64,000 nucleotides of DNA from an uncultured Christensenella sp. (GTDB taxonomy: Bacteria; Bacillota; Clostridia; Christensenellales; CAG-917), in assembly GCA_910584155.1 (NCBI GenBank), contig CAJTYG010000006.1:67844-131843 (forward strand), read 5' to 3'. The notes below the pieces were generated by a model. The model saw only the letters and a list, made by a program, of their open reading frames with translations. It was not told the origin of the DNA and did not search any database. The position numbers and the translations under genes are program-made. How positions within the stretch are numbered: the stretch's first letter is position 1; every line of letters starts with the position of its first letter. Shown in pieces: positions 1 to 8,992 of the stretch.

Positions 1-875
1 TTGACCTTGTTTGGATTTATCTGCTTGAAAAAGGTCTTTTTTAGTATATCTTCCACGTTTGCCTCGCTCGTGGCAAGCGCAGCTACTCCGCTGCCCGCAA
101 ACGTAATTTTCGACGTGGACGCAAGCTCATATATCATATCCTCGTTGCCGTACTGCCTTGCGGGGATAAACACATTGAGCAGCTCGTCTTCCTGCTCATA
201 CAGACCGTGCACGATATAGGCGTTGTCCCAAAACACTCTGAAGTCCTTTGCACGTGGCTTGAGCCCCGCTATACGTTCAACGACGTTGTCGCTGTATACT
301 ACACCTGTAGGATTTGAATATTTTGGCACGCACCACATTCCCTTTATGCTTTCGTCGTCACGCACGAGCATTTCCACCACGCTCATATCCGGTCCGTCGT
401 CAAGCATAGGCACCGCTATCATCTCTATCCCAAAGGTTTGGCAAATCGCAAAATGGCGGTCGTAACCGGGTGCAGGACAGATAAACTTCACCTTGTCGAG
501 CTTATTCCACGGCGTATTGCCTCTTACGCCAAACTGCATTGCAAACTGCACAAGATTGTACATTATATCAAGCGAGCTGCCGTCAAAGACGATGACCTCG
601 CTGCTTTTTACCTCAAGAAGATTTGCAAAAAGCTCTCTTGCGGGCTTCACGCCTGCGGGCTCGCCGTAGTTTCTTGCGTCTATTCCGCTCATATTGTAAT
701 TGTAGCCGCCTGCGTTTTTCAGCATAGGCATAGCGATATCGAGCTGCTCCTTAGACGGACGGCCCCTTGTCATATCCACACTTACGCCCTGCTTTTGCAG
801 CTTTTTATAAAGCTTTTGCTGCTCGCAGAGGGCTTGCTCCAATTCCTGTTTTGACATTTGACTGTATTCTTTCAT
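1..875 (-). CDS. PLP-dependent aminotransferase (fold type I); the C-terminal part lies beyond the left window edge
   Basis: Not in the ORF track because it has no in-window stop. Hand translation of the reverse strand from ATG 875-873 (GAGG just upstream) gives MKEYSQMSKQELEQALCEQQKLYKKLQKQGVSVDMTRGRPSKEQLDIAMPML...YELASTSKITFAGSGVAALATS, with no stop down to position 1. The S-x-S-K motif fits a PLP lysine. The + strand ORFs 1..219, 223..465 and 438..854 are shadows. Confidence 0.6.
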   Translation of the reverse strand, partial: MKEYSQMSKQELEQALCEQQKLYKKLQKQGVSVDMTRGRPSKEQLDIAMPMLKNAGGYNYNMSGIDARNYGEPAGVKPARELFANLLEVKSSEVIVFDGSSLDIMYNLVQFAMQFGVRGNTPWNKLDKVKFICPAPGYDRHFAICQTFGIEMIAVPMLDDGPDMSVVEMLVRDDESIKGMWCVPKYSNPTGVVYSDNVVERIAGLKPRAKDFRVFWDNAYIVHGLYEQEDELLNVFIPARQYGNEDMIYELASTSKITFAGSGVAALATSEANVEDILKKTFFKQINPNKV

Positions 876-936
876 CTTAGCCTCGTATTTTTGCTTATAC
901 TATATTATAAGTAATTGTTTTATCCGTTGTTTCTTA

Positions 937-2247
937 TTAGTCCTCAGTATTTGCACGCACAAGAAGTCTGATAGGCGTTCCCGAAAAATCAAAGCTCTTT
1001 CTTAGCGCATTTTCCAGATATCGCTTATAGCTGAAGTGCAAAATTGACGGCTCATTGACCTTAATCACGAAAGTGGGCGGAGCCTCGCTCACCTGCGTCA
1101 TAAAGTATATTTTCAGCTTTTTGCCGAGATACGACGGCGGCTCGCTTATCCTTATAGCCTCCCCCAAAACCTCGTTTAAAAGTCCCGTCTTTATCCTGCG
1201 CCTGCTGTTTGCGAAGACCTCCTTGCAAAGCGGCAGCAAGTTGTCAAGCCGTTTTCCGCTTTTTGCCGAGACGTACACCGACTTGAAATAGCTCATATAT
1301 TTCAGACTTTCCCTGAGCTTATTTTCAAACTCATAGATGGTGTGCGTATCCTTATCGACAAGATCCCACTTGTTCATAACTATTATGGACGGCTTGCCTT
1401 CCTCGTGTATAAAGCCTGCGATTTTGACGTCCTGCTCGGTAAAACCCTCGTTTGCGTCGCACACCATAAGCACCACGTCCGCACGCCTTATCGCAAGCAG
1501 CGAGCGCATAACGGAATACCTTTCGAGATCGAGCTCTACAGACCTTTTTTTGCGCAGACCTGCGGTGTCTATTATCAGATATTTGTCGTCGCCTATATTG
1601 AGCTCGGTATCTATAGCGTCTCTCGTCGTGCCTGCGATATTGCTCACGATACAGCGGTCATAGCCTAGCAGCTTGTTTGTTATCGAGCTTTTGCCTGCGT
1701 TAGGCTTGCCGACGATTGCGATTTTGATGCGATCGCTATCCTCTTCCACCAAGCTTACGGGTATGACTTCCATAAGAGCGTCAAGCAAATCTCCTATGCC
1801 CTTGCCCTGCTCGGCGCTGACCGCATAAGGCTCGCCGAAGCCGAGCGCATAAAAGTCATAAACGCTGTCCATAAGGTTGTTGTCAATCTTGTTGACCGCA
1901 AGCACCACGGGCAGCTTTGACTTGCGCAGATAGGCGCAGACAAGGTTGTCGTCCGTCGTAAGCCCCGTTTTGCCGTCCACGACGTAGAGTATAGCGTCGG
2001 CGGTTTCAACGGCTATTTCCGCCTGCGTGCGGATATGCGTCCACATTTCGTCGTCGCTCTTGAGCTCAAGTCCGCCCGTATCTATAAGCGTAAAGGCACG
2101 GCCGCACCACTCGCAGTCGGCATATATTCTGTCACGTGTGACGCCGGGCGTATCCTCTACAATGGCTATTCTGTTGCCGGCTATCCTGTTGAAAAGAGTG
2201 GATTTGCCCACGTTCGGACGTCCGACAACTGCAATCAATGGTTTCAT
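937..2247 (-). CDS. der: Ribosome-associated GTPase Der/EngA
   Basis: Two tandem GTPase domains with P-loops GRPNVGKSTLFNR and GKPNAGKSS, plus a KH-like C-terminus. The ORF-track start at 2259 is TTG. ATG 2247 (MKPLIAVVG) follows GGAG and is preferred. Confidence 0.9.
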   Translation of the reverse strand: MKPLIAVVGRPNVGKSTLFNRIAGNRIAIVEDTPGVTRDRIYADCEWCGRAFTLIDTGGLELKSDDEMWTHIRTQAEIAVETADAILYVVDGKTGLTTDDNLVCAYLRKSKLPVVLAVNKIDNNLMDSVYDFYALGFGEPYAVSAEQGKGIGDLLDALMEVIPVSLVEEDSDRIKIAIVGKPNAGKSSITNKLLGYDRCIVSNIAGTTRDAIDTELNIGDDKYLIIDTAGLRKKRSVELDLERYSVMRSLLAIRRADVVLMVCDANEGFTEQDVKIAGFIHEEGKPSIIVMNKWDLVDKDTHTIYEFENKLRESLKYMSYFKSVYVSAKSGKRLDNLLPLCKEVFANSRRRIKTGLLNEVLGEAIRISEPPSYLGKKLKIYFMTQVSEAPPTFVIKVNEPSILHFSYKRYLENALRKSFDFSGTPIRLLVRANTED

Positions 2248-2287
2248 ATGTTTCTCCAAATTGCACGCAAGCGTGCAGTTTTATACT

Positions 2288-3550
2288 TTACTTTACAAAG
2301 CGGTTGCGTATATGCTGAGCAAAATCGCTTCCGTCGTGCGGCACGATTATGACGGGTGCGCCGAGTGCGCTTTCCACTTCGCCTACGGTCTTGTTGTCAA
2401 GGAAGGTATCCGTAAACTCTCTCAGCATATTGTCGGGCAAAACGTATGCGTCCGCACCTCTCTTTGTCTGCGCAATTATATCCTGCGCAGTAAGCAGCCC
2501 CGCCACCGTCACGCTGTGCCCGAAAAAGTCGTTGACGACGGTGTTCACGTTGCATTTGATGCCCAATTTGCGCTCAAGCGCAGGCATATATCCGCTAAGT
2601 ATGGGCGCAAACGACGTGCCCGTTATCATATCCACACGCTTGTTCAACGCCTCATCAGGACATTCCTCAAGCGAATATTCAAAGTTTTCCTTAAACTGCG
2701 CAAGCAAGCCCACGCCGTTTTCTATTTGATCGAACGCCCCGTAATAGACGCTTTCACCGACGGGAATGTTTGCCTTTACATAATACTCGTCGCTGCACCA
2801 GCAGAAGCCGTCAAGCTCGGTATGCAGTCTTTCCACGAGTGCGACGGTTTCACGGGCGTTTTGCTCGTTGACAGGGGTGAGATTTGCAAGCTTAGCACGG
2901 TGTTCTGTAAGTCCCACAGGCACGACCGCAACCGTCTGCACACCCTTTATCTGCTTCAAACTGCGTATACTGTCCTCAAGCACCTTGCCGTCGTTTATGT
3001 TTGGCACGATGACGAGCTGAGTGTGCATAATTATGCCGTTTTCACCAAGCTTTTTCATATATTCGGGCAGCTTACGGGTGTTTGGATTTTTCACCATAAA
3101 CTGTCTTATATCGTCGTCAAAGGCGTGCACCGATATGTACAGGGGGCTGAGCTTAAGGCGTATTATCCTGTCGATATCGCTGTCGGTGACGTTTGTCAGC
3201 GTCACATAGCTTCCGCTGATAAAGCTGAATCTGTAGTCGTCGTCCTTTATGTACAGGCTTTCACGCATTCCCTTTGGCAACTGATCCACAAAGCAGAATA
3301 TGCAGTGATTTTTGCAGACGGCGGGCTTCATATCCCAATCGACCTCGAGCCCGAGCGGCTGTTTTTTGCGCACGTGCAAGGTTTTTATTTTATCCTTGCG
3401 CAAGACCTCTGCGGTAAACTCGCTTTCGTTGTCATAAAACAGATAATCAAGCTCGTCAACAACGTCGTATCCGCCAAGCTTTAAAAGCTCGTCTCCGACC
3501 TTGAAGCCCTGTCTTTTTGCGATTTTGGAAAGTCCCGTTATCCTTGGCAT
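2288..3550 (-). CDS. DUF512-type radical SAM protein with an N-terminal PDZ-like segment
   Basis: CKNHCIFC is a CxxxCxxC cluster motif. GFKVGDELLKLGG is PDZ-like. Sitting directly upstream of der is typical for this family in Firmicutes. Confidence 0.7.
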   Translation of the reverse strand: MPRITGLSKIAKRQGFKVGDELLKLGGYDVVDELDYLFYDNESEFTAEVLRKDKIKTLHVRKKQPLGLEVDWDMKPAVCKNHCIFCFVDQLPKGMRESLYIKDDDYRFSFISGSYVTLTNVTDSDIDRIIRLKLSPLYISVHAFDDDIRQFMVKNPNTRKLPEYMKKLGENGIIMHTQLVIVPNINDGKVLEDSIRSLKQIKGVQTVAVVPVGLTEHRAKLANLTPVNEQNARETVALVERLHTELDGFCWCSDEYYVKANIPVGESVYYGAFDQIENGVGLLAQFKENFEYSLEECPDEALNKRVDMITGTSFAPILSGYMPALERKLGIKCNVNTVVNDFFGHSVTVAGLLTAQDIIAQTKRGADAYVLPDNMLREFTDTFLDNKTVGEVESALGAPVIIVPHDGSDFAQHIRNRFVK

Positions 3551-3559
3551 AATACTTCC

Positions 3560-4648
3560 TTAAACTGCGATGTACGACACCAAAAAGCTTGCGATGTTCT
3601 CAATCGAGTTAAACTCCACCCACTTTGCGCCGTTTTCGCCTATCTCAAGCGCAAGCTCCGTTTGCAGCAGCTTGTATTCGAGCCCTACGATATCTATATC
3701 CTCTTTTGCACGCAGGCAAAGCCCGTGGCTTACAAGATAGTTTACATCAGCCAAAGCATGCTCGTCCTTTGTGTAGATGATGGACGGAATAGCAAGCTTA
3801 AAGCACTTGTAAATCACAGACGGATCATAGTCCGTTATGGCAATGTCGCAAACGGACAGATACTCGTCTATCTTATCCTGCGATTGCACGAAAACCACCG
3901 TCATGTCGGGCACCTGCAGCGCAAGCTTGCTTAGCGACTGCATAAGCTTTTGATTTGCGCAGTACACCGCAAGGCTTGCGATATTGCCCTGATCCAGCAA
4001 AAGCGCAAACACCGCCTCCAGCATTTTGTCGTTTGTAAGATGCACAAATATCGTCTGCGCTCTCGGAAGCCCCATTTCCTGCTTGTCGTAAGCGATTTGT
4101 TCTGCCGTCTTTTTTTGTATGTCGAAGGGGAAACCCATCGTCATAATATTTTTTGAGCGTATGCCCGCACGCACAAGATCCGCCTTGACGTCGGGGTTTT
4201 CCACCACAAAAACGCTTGTGATTTCGTCCATCTTGCGGCTTGGAGCTGTAAACGTAGGCACCATATAGATGATCTGCGTACTGAATTTCAACTTTTTCTT
4301 TGCCTCGCAGGCGCTGTGGTGCGCATAAGGCGTAACGCAGAGGATATATTCTGGGTGAAAGCGCCTCAGCATATTTTTTATGCGGTTTACTCTCTTTGAA
4401 AACTTGCGTGGCGTAAGCCTTTCACGTATTATACCTCTGTCCTTGCGCTCGAGCAGATACTGATATTCGCTTCCGTTGTCCATAAGTCTGTCAAGTGCGG
4501 ACATTCTCGACGCCGAGCCGTATTTGTCGTCGCTCATCACTACGGCGTTATGCGTGCCTATGCGCCCGATGGCGGTGGCAAGCTTTTTGGATATGCCGTC
4601 CACCTCGTCCTTTGACGTCATAATCAAAATTATGGGCTTTCTGTTCAT
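3560..4648 (-). CDS. Divergent GT-B / MGDG-synthase (UgtP)-like protein; family call is tentative
   Basis: 362-aa ORF. The C-terminal half (DIAITDYDPSVIYKCFKLAIPSIIY) resembles the nucleotide-sugar-binding half of GT28/MGDG synthases. The N-terminal glycine-rich motif is absent. Confidence 0.35.
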   Translation of the reverse strand: MNRKPIILIMTSKDEVDGISKKLATAIGRIGTHNAVVMSDDKYGSASRMSALDRLMDNGSEYQYLLERKDRGIIRERLTPRKFSKRVNRIKNMLRRFHPEYILCVTPYAHHSACEAKKKLKFSTQIIYMVPTFTAPSRKMDEITSVFVVENPDVKADLVRAGIRSKNIMTMGFPFDIQKKTAEQIAYDKQEMGLPRAQTIFVHLTNDKMLEAVFALLLDQGNIASLAVYCANQKLMQSLSKLALQVPDMTVVFVQSQDKIDEYLSVCDIAITDYDPSVIYKCFKLAIPSIIYTKDEHALADVNYLVSHGLCLRAKEDIDIVGLEYKLLQTELALEIGENGAKWVEFNSIENIASFLVSYIAV

Positions 4649-4663
4649 TTAAACCTCTCTTTA

Positions 4664-6307
4664 TCAGTCCTCAACTATTACGGGAATGATAATAGGAAAC
4701 TGTCTGTCCTTGTAAAACAGCTTGCGCACCGATTTTTTGACGTTGCGTGCATATTCGTCTATATCCGCCTTGTCAAAGTCGGCGCAGTTGACGCCCTCGA
4801 CGACTGCGTTGCGTATGGATTTTTCCACGTCGTCGGTGAGATTGAAGCCTCTTGCTACCACGTCCACGCCGCCGACAATAACGCCTCTGTCCATATCCAC
4901 GGCCGCAAGCACGACGAGCATACCGTACTCGGCAAGCGATATCCTGTCGTTTACAACGCTTTGCCCGTCCTCAAGCACAACTCCGTCTACGTACATATTG
5001 CCCGCAGGCACGTTGGAATGTTTGCGAATACCCTTTAAGCCTATCCCGTAGCTTTCGCCTATGTTGGGAATGACGATATTTTTCGAATGTACGCCCGTCG
5101 CCTTTGCTATCTCGGCATGTTTATACTGATGTCTGTATTCGCCGTGTACAGGCATAAAAAACTGCGGGTGCACGAGCGTAAGCATAAGCTTGAGCTCTTC
5201 CTCATAGGCGTGTCCCGACACGTGAATGTCGTTCATACTGTCGTATATCACCTCTGCGCCCTTGCGGAAAAGGTCGTTTATTACATCATACACTGACTTT
5301 TCATTGCCGGGTATGGGCGACGAGCTCAAAACCACCACGTCGTCCGAGCCTACGTTTATCTTGTTAAACTCGCCCTTTGACATCTTTTTGAGGGCAGACA
5401 GGGGCTCGCCCTGCGAACCCGTCGCAAGTATCAGCGTTTCGTGAGGAAGCAGCTTGCCTACGCTGTCCACTATGACGCCCTTTGGCACGTGAAGCTCGCC
5501 GCAGGCGGACGCAACCTCTACAATAGCCTTCATACTCTTGCCCGCAAGCACGACCTTGCGGTGATATTTGTGCGCAAGCGTGAGTATTTGCTGCACTCTG
5601 TAGTTTGACGAGGCAAAGCAGGCGATAACCAATCTCTTTTTCATATTTGACAAAAATATGTTTTCAAGGCTTTGTCCCACGACCATTTCCGAAGTAGAGC
5701 TGCCCTTGCGTTCCACGTTGGTGGACTCGCCGAGCATAAGTAGCACGCCCTTTGCGCCGATTTCGGCAATGCGCTGCACGTCCGTCTTTTTGCCGTCTAT
5801 AGGTGTGTTGTCCATCTTAAAGTCGCCCGTGACAAAAACTGTGCCTGCCTGAGTGCTTATCGCAAGCGCACAGGCTCCTCCCATAGAGTGTACGACTTTG
5901 ATAAATTCCACCTTGATATTGCCAAGCGTGACTGTATCGCCCGCCGCTATAACATTCAGGTTGCATTTTTTTGCATTCTTTTCAAGCTTGCGCTTTAAAA
6001 GTCCTATCGTAAGAGCCGTGCCGTAAATGGGCACGTTTTTGAACACGTCGGTATAGTAAGGTATTGCGCCTATGTGGTCCTCGTGACCGTGAGTAAGCAC
6101 AATGCCTCTCAATCTCTTTATATTTTGCTTTATATAGGTGACGTCGGGGATGATAGCGTCCATTCCGGGGGTGTCCTCTTTTGCAAACGCCACGCCGCAA
6201 TCAACGATGATGATATCGCCGCCGCACTCTATCGCCGTCATATTTTTGCCGATTTCGCCTACACCGCCCAAAAAAGTGACGACTACGTTTTGCTGTCCTT
6301 TTGCCAT
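4664..6307 (-). CDS. rnj: Ribonuclease J
   Basis: HGHEDHIG metallo-beta-lactamase motif. Length (about 547 aa from ATG 6307) and domain order are typical of RNase J. ATG 6307 (MAKGQQNVVV) is preceded by GGAG. The ORF-track start at 6346 lies in the leader. Confidence 0.9.
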   Translation of the reverse strand: MAKGQQNVVVTFLGGVGEIGKNMTAIECGGDIIIVDCGVAFAKEDTPGMDAIIPDVTYIKQNIKRLRGIVLTHGHEDHIGAIPYYTDVFKNVPIYGTALTIGLLKRKLEKNAKKCNLNVIAAGDTVTLGNIKVEFIKVVHSMGGACALAISTQAGTVFVTGDFKMDNTPIDGKKTDVQRIAEIGAKGVLLMLGESTNVERKGSSTSEMVVGQSLENIFLSNMKKRLVIACFASSNYRVQQILTLAHKYHRKVVLAGKSMKAIVEVASACGELHVPKGVIVDSVGKLLPHETLILATGSQGEPLSALKKMSKGEFNKINVGSDDVVVLSSSPIPGNEKSVYDVINDLFRKGAEVIYDSMNDIHVSGHAYEEELKLMLTLVHPQFFMPVHGEYRHQYKHAEIAKATGVHSKNIVIPNIGESYGIGLKGIRKHSNVPAGNMYVDGVVLEDGQSVVNDRISLAEYGMLVVLAAVDMDRGVIVGGVDVVARGFNLTDDVEKSIRNAVVEGVNCADFDKADIDEYARNVKKSVRKLFYKDRQFPIIIPVIVED

Positions 6308-6362
6308 ATATTCTCCAAACGCACACGCACATATGCGCATACGCATTTATTATCAAATGAGT

Positions 6363-6391
6363 ATTATACACTATTTTAAGCCATGGGGCAA
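6363..6391 (-). promoter_or_regulatory. Predicted sigma-A promoter of rnj (TTGCCC-17 bp-TATAAT with an extended TG)
   Basis: The reverse strand reads TTGCCCcatggcttaaaatagTGtATAAT. The -35 is at 6391..6386 and the -10 at 6368..6363, about 55 nt upstream of the rnj ATG. Confidence 0.5.
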
Positions 6392-6445
6392 GGATTTAAA
6401 CCCTATATCAAAAACAGAGAAAATTTAAATATGCGAGCCTATAAT

Positions 6446-6492
6446 ACACGATACGTGTTTTTCATTTGAAAATTCTAATACACGTTACGTGT
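6446..6492. promoter_or_regulatory. Two tandem copies of the palindrome ACACG-W-TACGTGT within the direct repeat TAATACACGwTACGTGTTTTT
   Basis: ACACGATACGTGT lies at 6446..6458 and ACACGTTACGTGT at 6480..6492. Centres are 34 bp apart, upstream of the predicted rnj promoter. Confidence 0.5.
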
Positions 6493-6576
6493 TTTTAATA
6501 AAAGAAAAAAGCGGCATTTTATCGATAAACACCGCATTTTTGCATATTTCATAAGTTTAAAAACACTTATCGTGCT

Positions 6577-7287
6577 TTACTTTTCAATCACTCTGACTAT
6601 TTTTTTGAGAGTAGCATTCATCGGCGGGGTAAAATGGCAGCCCTCTATCAAAATTTCCGACGGCTTTTCTCTTATGATGGCGCTAAGCAGATTGTATTCG
6701 TCCTGATCAAACAGCTTCACCACCTCAACGCTTTTATGGCAAGTAAGATTACGCAGTCTGTTATGGTTTAAAACAAGCTGATTCAGCTTGCCCTCGCTGC
6801 CTGTGATGAACGTTGCTATATCATATATATCCGCCTCGTTGTTGCAACCCTCAAGCAGCCTGTTTGCAAGGTCGGCAAGCTCCTGCCAACCCTCGCTCAA
6901 TGCGCAAAGACGGAAATTCATAAGTCCGTCCACGTTATAATCCAAAGCGCTCTTAAGCGTTTTTGTCACTATGCCGCTTTCAAACTCTCTGTCAAAATGC
7001 ACTATCGAGCAAATCAATGCGCACTTTGCGTGCGTCATACTTCTTATGTGCAACTTGTTAAGAAAAAACCTCAGCTTGATAAACGACAGAAATACCACGT
7101 CAAGAATGGACTGCACTTCGTCTTCAAGCTCCTCCTGCCTGTCGCATATGCCTGCAAGATATATCCACAATCTGTTTTTCGACTCCTCCACCGCATACGA
7201 CAGATCTTTTGTACTTTGCAACCTTCCAAGGATATAATCTATCTCCCTATCGTACATTTTGTCGATACTGATTACGTTTGACCACAT
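6577..7287 (-). CDS. Hypothetical protein (faint YtxC-like sporulation-protein resemblance; low confidence)
   Basis: Long ORF with good coding appearance. ATG 7287 (MWSNVISIDK) is preceded by GAGG. The ORF-track start at 7320 is TTG. No diagnostic motif recognised. Confidence 0.3.
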   Translation of the reverse strand: MWSNVISIDKMYDREIDYILGRLQSTKDLSYAVEESKNRLWIYLAGICDRQEELEDEVQSILDVVFLSFIKLRFFLNKLHIRSMTHAKCALICSIVHFDREFESGIVTKTLKSALDYNVDGLMNFRLCALSEGWQELADLANRLLEGCNNEADIYDIATFITGSEGKLNQLVLNHNRLRNLTCHKSVEVVKLFDQDEYNLLSAIIREKPSEILIEGCHFTPPMNATLKKIVRVIEK

Positions 7288-7370
7288 ACACACCTCGTCA
7301 ATATTGTATGCAGTAGCCAACTAAAAATTAGTGGAATATTTTACATAATTTAAAATACGCAAACCAAATT

Positions 7371-8132
7371 TTAAAGCGTGTTTTGCACGGCGTATTGCTT
7401 CGGCGTGACGCCGTATGTCTTTTTAAAGCTCGTTATGAAATGCGTTTCGGAGCAAAAGCCCAAAATGTACGCCACTTCGCCGCAGCTAAAGCGTCCTTTT
7501 TCTGTAAGCATTTGCTTTGAAGCCTCAAGCTTTTGCAGTATTATATATCTTGCAAGACCTACGCCGAGATGCTTTTTAAACTGCGACGACAGATAATCTG
7601 CGCTTACGCCGCACTCGCCTGCGACCTGCATTACCGTCAGCTTTTCGTGCAGCTTTGCGTCTATAATTTTCATAGCCTGTCTTATATGCAGAGGATACTG
7701 CTTACGCTGCTTACAGTCGCCAACCCTTTTTGCAAGTTCTACTGCCTTTTCAACCAAAAAATCGACGATATCCTCCTGCCTTGTCTGCCCGTCAATAAAT
7801 CTTATATACTCGTCGCTGAGGTTGTACGCCTCGCTCTGCGGCAAGCCGCCCTCTATGGCATAGCGTGTGGCAAGCGTAATACAGCTCACCGCAAAATACT
7901 TGCTTTGACGCAAGTTGTCGTCGCTCATACGCCCCACCACAAGAGTATCCTTAAAAAACTCGCCTATCACGTTTTTGACTGCTTCGGCGTCCCCGTTTTT
8001 GATATTACCGTAAAAATACAACTCAGCCTCATACGGAGTATGGGCACGTCCGCTTTCTCTTTGCTCAAACAAAGGATCGTCAACGTCCTTTGGTAAAAAC
8101 TGCACGTTTAACTTCATACTGTCATTATACAC
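7371..8132 (-). CDS. AraC-family transcriptional regulator
   Basis: C-terminal AraC HTH signature (ILGFCSETHFITSFKKTYGVTPKQY). Divergent from the acetyltransferase and GH3 genes. Start is uncertain (GTG 8132 or ATG 8117). Confidence 0.8.
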   Translation of the reverse strand: MYNDSMKLNVQFLPKDVDDPLFEQRESGRAHTPYEAELYFYGNIKNGDAEAVKNVIGEFFKDTLVVGRMSDDNLRQSKYFAVSCITLATRYAIEGGLPQSEAYNLSDEYIRFIDGQTRQEDIVDFLVEKAVELAKRVGDCKQRKQYPLHIRQAMKIIDAKLHEKLTVMQVAGECGVSADYLSSQFKKHLGVGLARYIILQKLEASKQMLTEKGRFSCGEVAYILGFCSETHFITSFKKTYGVTPKQYAVQNTL

Positions 8133-8235
8133 ACAATTTTATAATTTTACAACGGAAATTTTAAGCTTTGTGCGGATATATGATATAAACTACTGCTTTT
8201 ATCAAATAAAATATAACTGTAAATAGGAGGCGGCT

Positions 8236-8907
8236 ATGAAAAAAACGGGTGCTACTGATCTTCAGCGTATGTGCGCAGGCAGGCTTTACAACTGCACGGA
8301 TAAAGAGGTGATGAAAAAACATATCCGTGCGCTTTATCTCACGGACAGGTTCAACCGCTCTCGGCTGTGGAATATTTGGGGGCGCAACCGCATAATCAAA
8401 AAGCTTATGCCGCAGCACGGAAAAAACTTTTGCTTTATGCAGTCATTCCGTTGCGAGTACGGCTTTAACATATCCTTTGGGGACGACCTGTTTGTAAACT
8501 TCGATTGCATATTTATGGACGTAGCGCCCATCAAGATGGGAAACGGAGTTATGTTCGGTCCACGTGTCACCATAGCTACGCCTATGCACCCTCTTCTTAG
8601 CGAGGAGCGCATAATACAGCAATATCCCGACGGCTATCACGACCTCGAGTACGCAAAGCCCGTCACAATAGGCGACGGCGTTTGGGTAGCGGCGGACGTC
8701 ACGATTTGCGGCGGCGTAACAATAGGCGACGGCAGCATTATTGCGGCAGGAAGCGTGGTCACAAAGGATATCCCGTCAAACTGCCTCGCAGGCGGCGTGC
8801 CCTGCAAAGTCATTCGCAAGCTCGATGACGACGACAGACTGAACGTTTGGCAGACATATGCGGACGACAAAGAGCCGATTTCGGCACGAAACAGCGCCAA
8901 ACTTTGA
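8236..8907 (+). CDS. Sugar (maltose/galactoside-type) O-acetyltransferase, hexapeptide-repeat family
   Basis: N-terminal Mac-like segment (RLYNCTDKEVMKKHIRALYLTDRFN). Left-handed beta-helix repeats IGDGVWVAADVTICGGVTIGDGSIIAAGSVV. GGAGG precedes the ATG. Confidence 0.8.
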   Translation: MKKTGATDLQRMCAGRLYNCTDKEVMKKHIRALYLTDRFNRSRLWNIWGRNRIIKKLMPQHGKNFCFMQSFRCEYGFNISFGDDLFVNFDCIFMDVAPIKMGNGVMFGPRVTIATPMHPLLSEERIIQQYPDGYHDLEYAKPVTIGDGVWVAADVTICGGVTIGDGSIIAAGSVVTKDIPSNCLAGGVPCKVIRKLDDDDRLNVWQTYADDKEPISARNSAKL

Positions 8908-8992
8908 TTTTTGGCTATTGCATATAAAAGCTTTATAAGCTATTATATATTATATAAGCAACAATAGATCGGCTTTGCCGTTGGAGGAAATT

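Noticed and set aside
2027-3484. A very long (485 aa) + strand ORF, and similar long antisense ORFs at 38470..39372, 24357..25160, 35212..35943, 17208..17993, 56295..56927 and 62617..63567
   Set aside because: All lie antisense to genes with unambiguous conserved motifs (DUF512/der, parE, era, parC, metY, the AGPS-like gene, the gltD-like gene). Their translations are low-complexity and rich in Cys, His and Arg. These are shadow ORFs typical of this GC range.
6446-6492. Tandem palindromes interpreted as NrdR boxes (or CopY, Rex or CRP sites)
   Set aside because: As I recall them, NrdR boxes are 16-bp ACAC-N8-GTGT-type sites upstream of nrd genes. These sites are 13-bp ACAC-N5-GTGT and precede rnj. 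The cop box (TACAnnTGTA) and the Rex/CRP half-sites do not match either.
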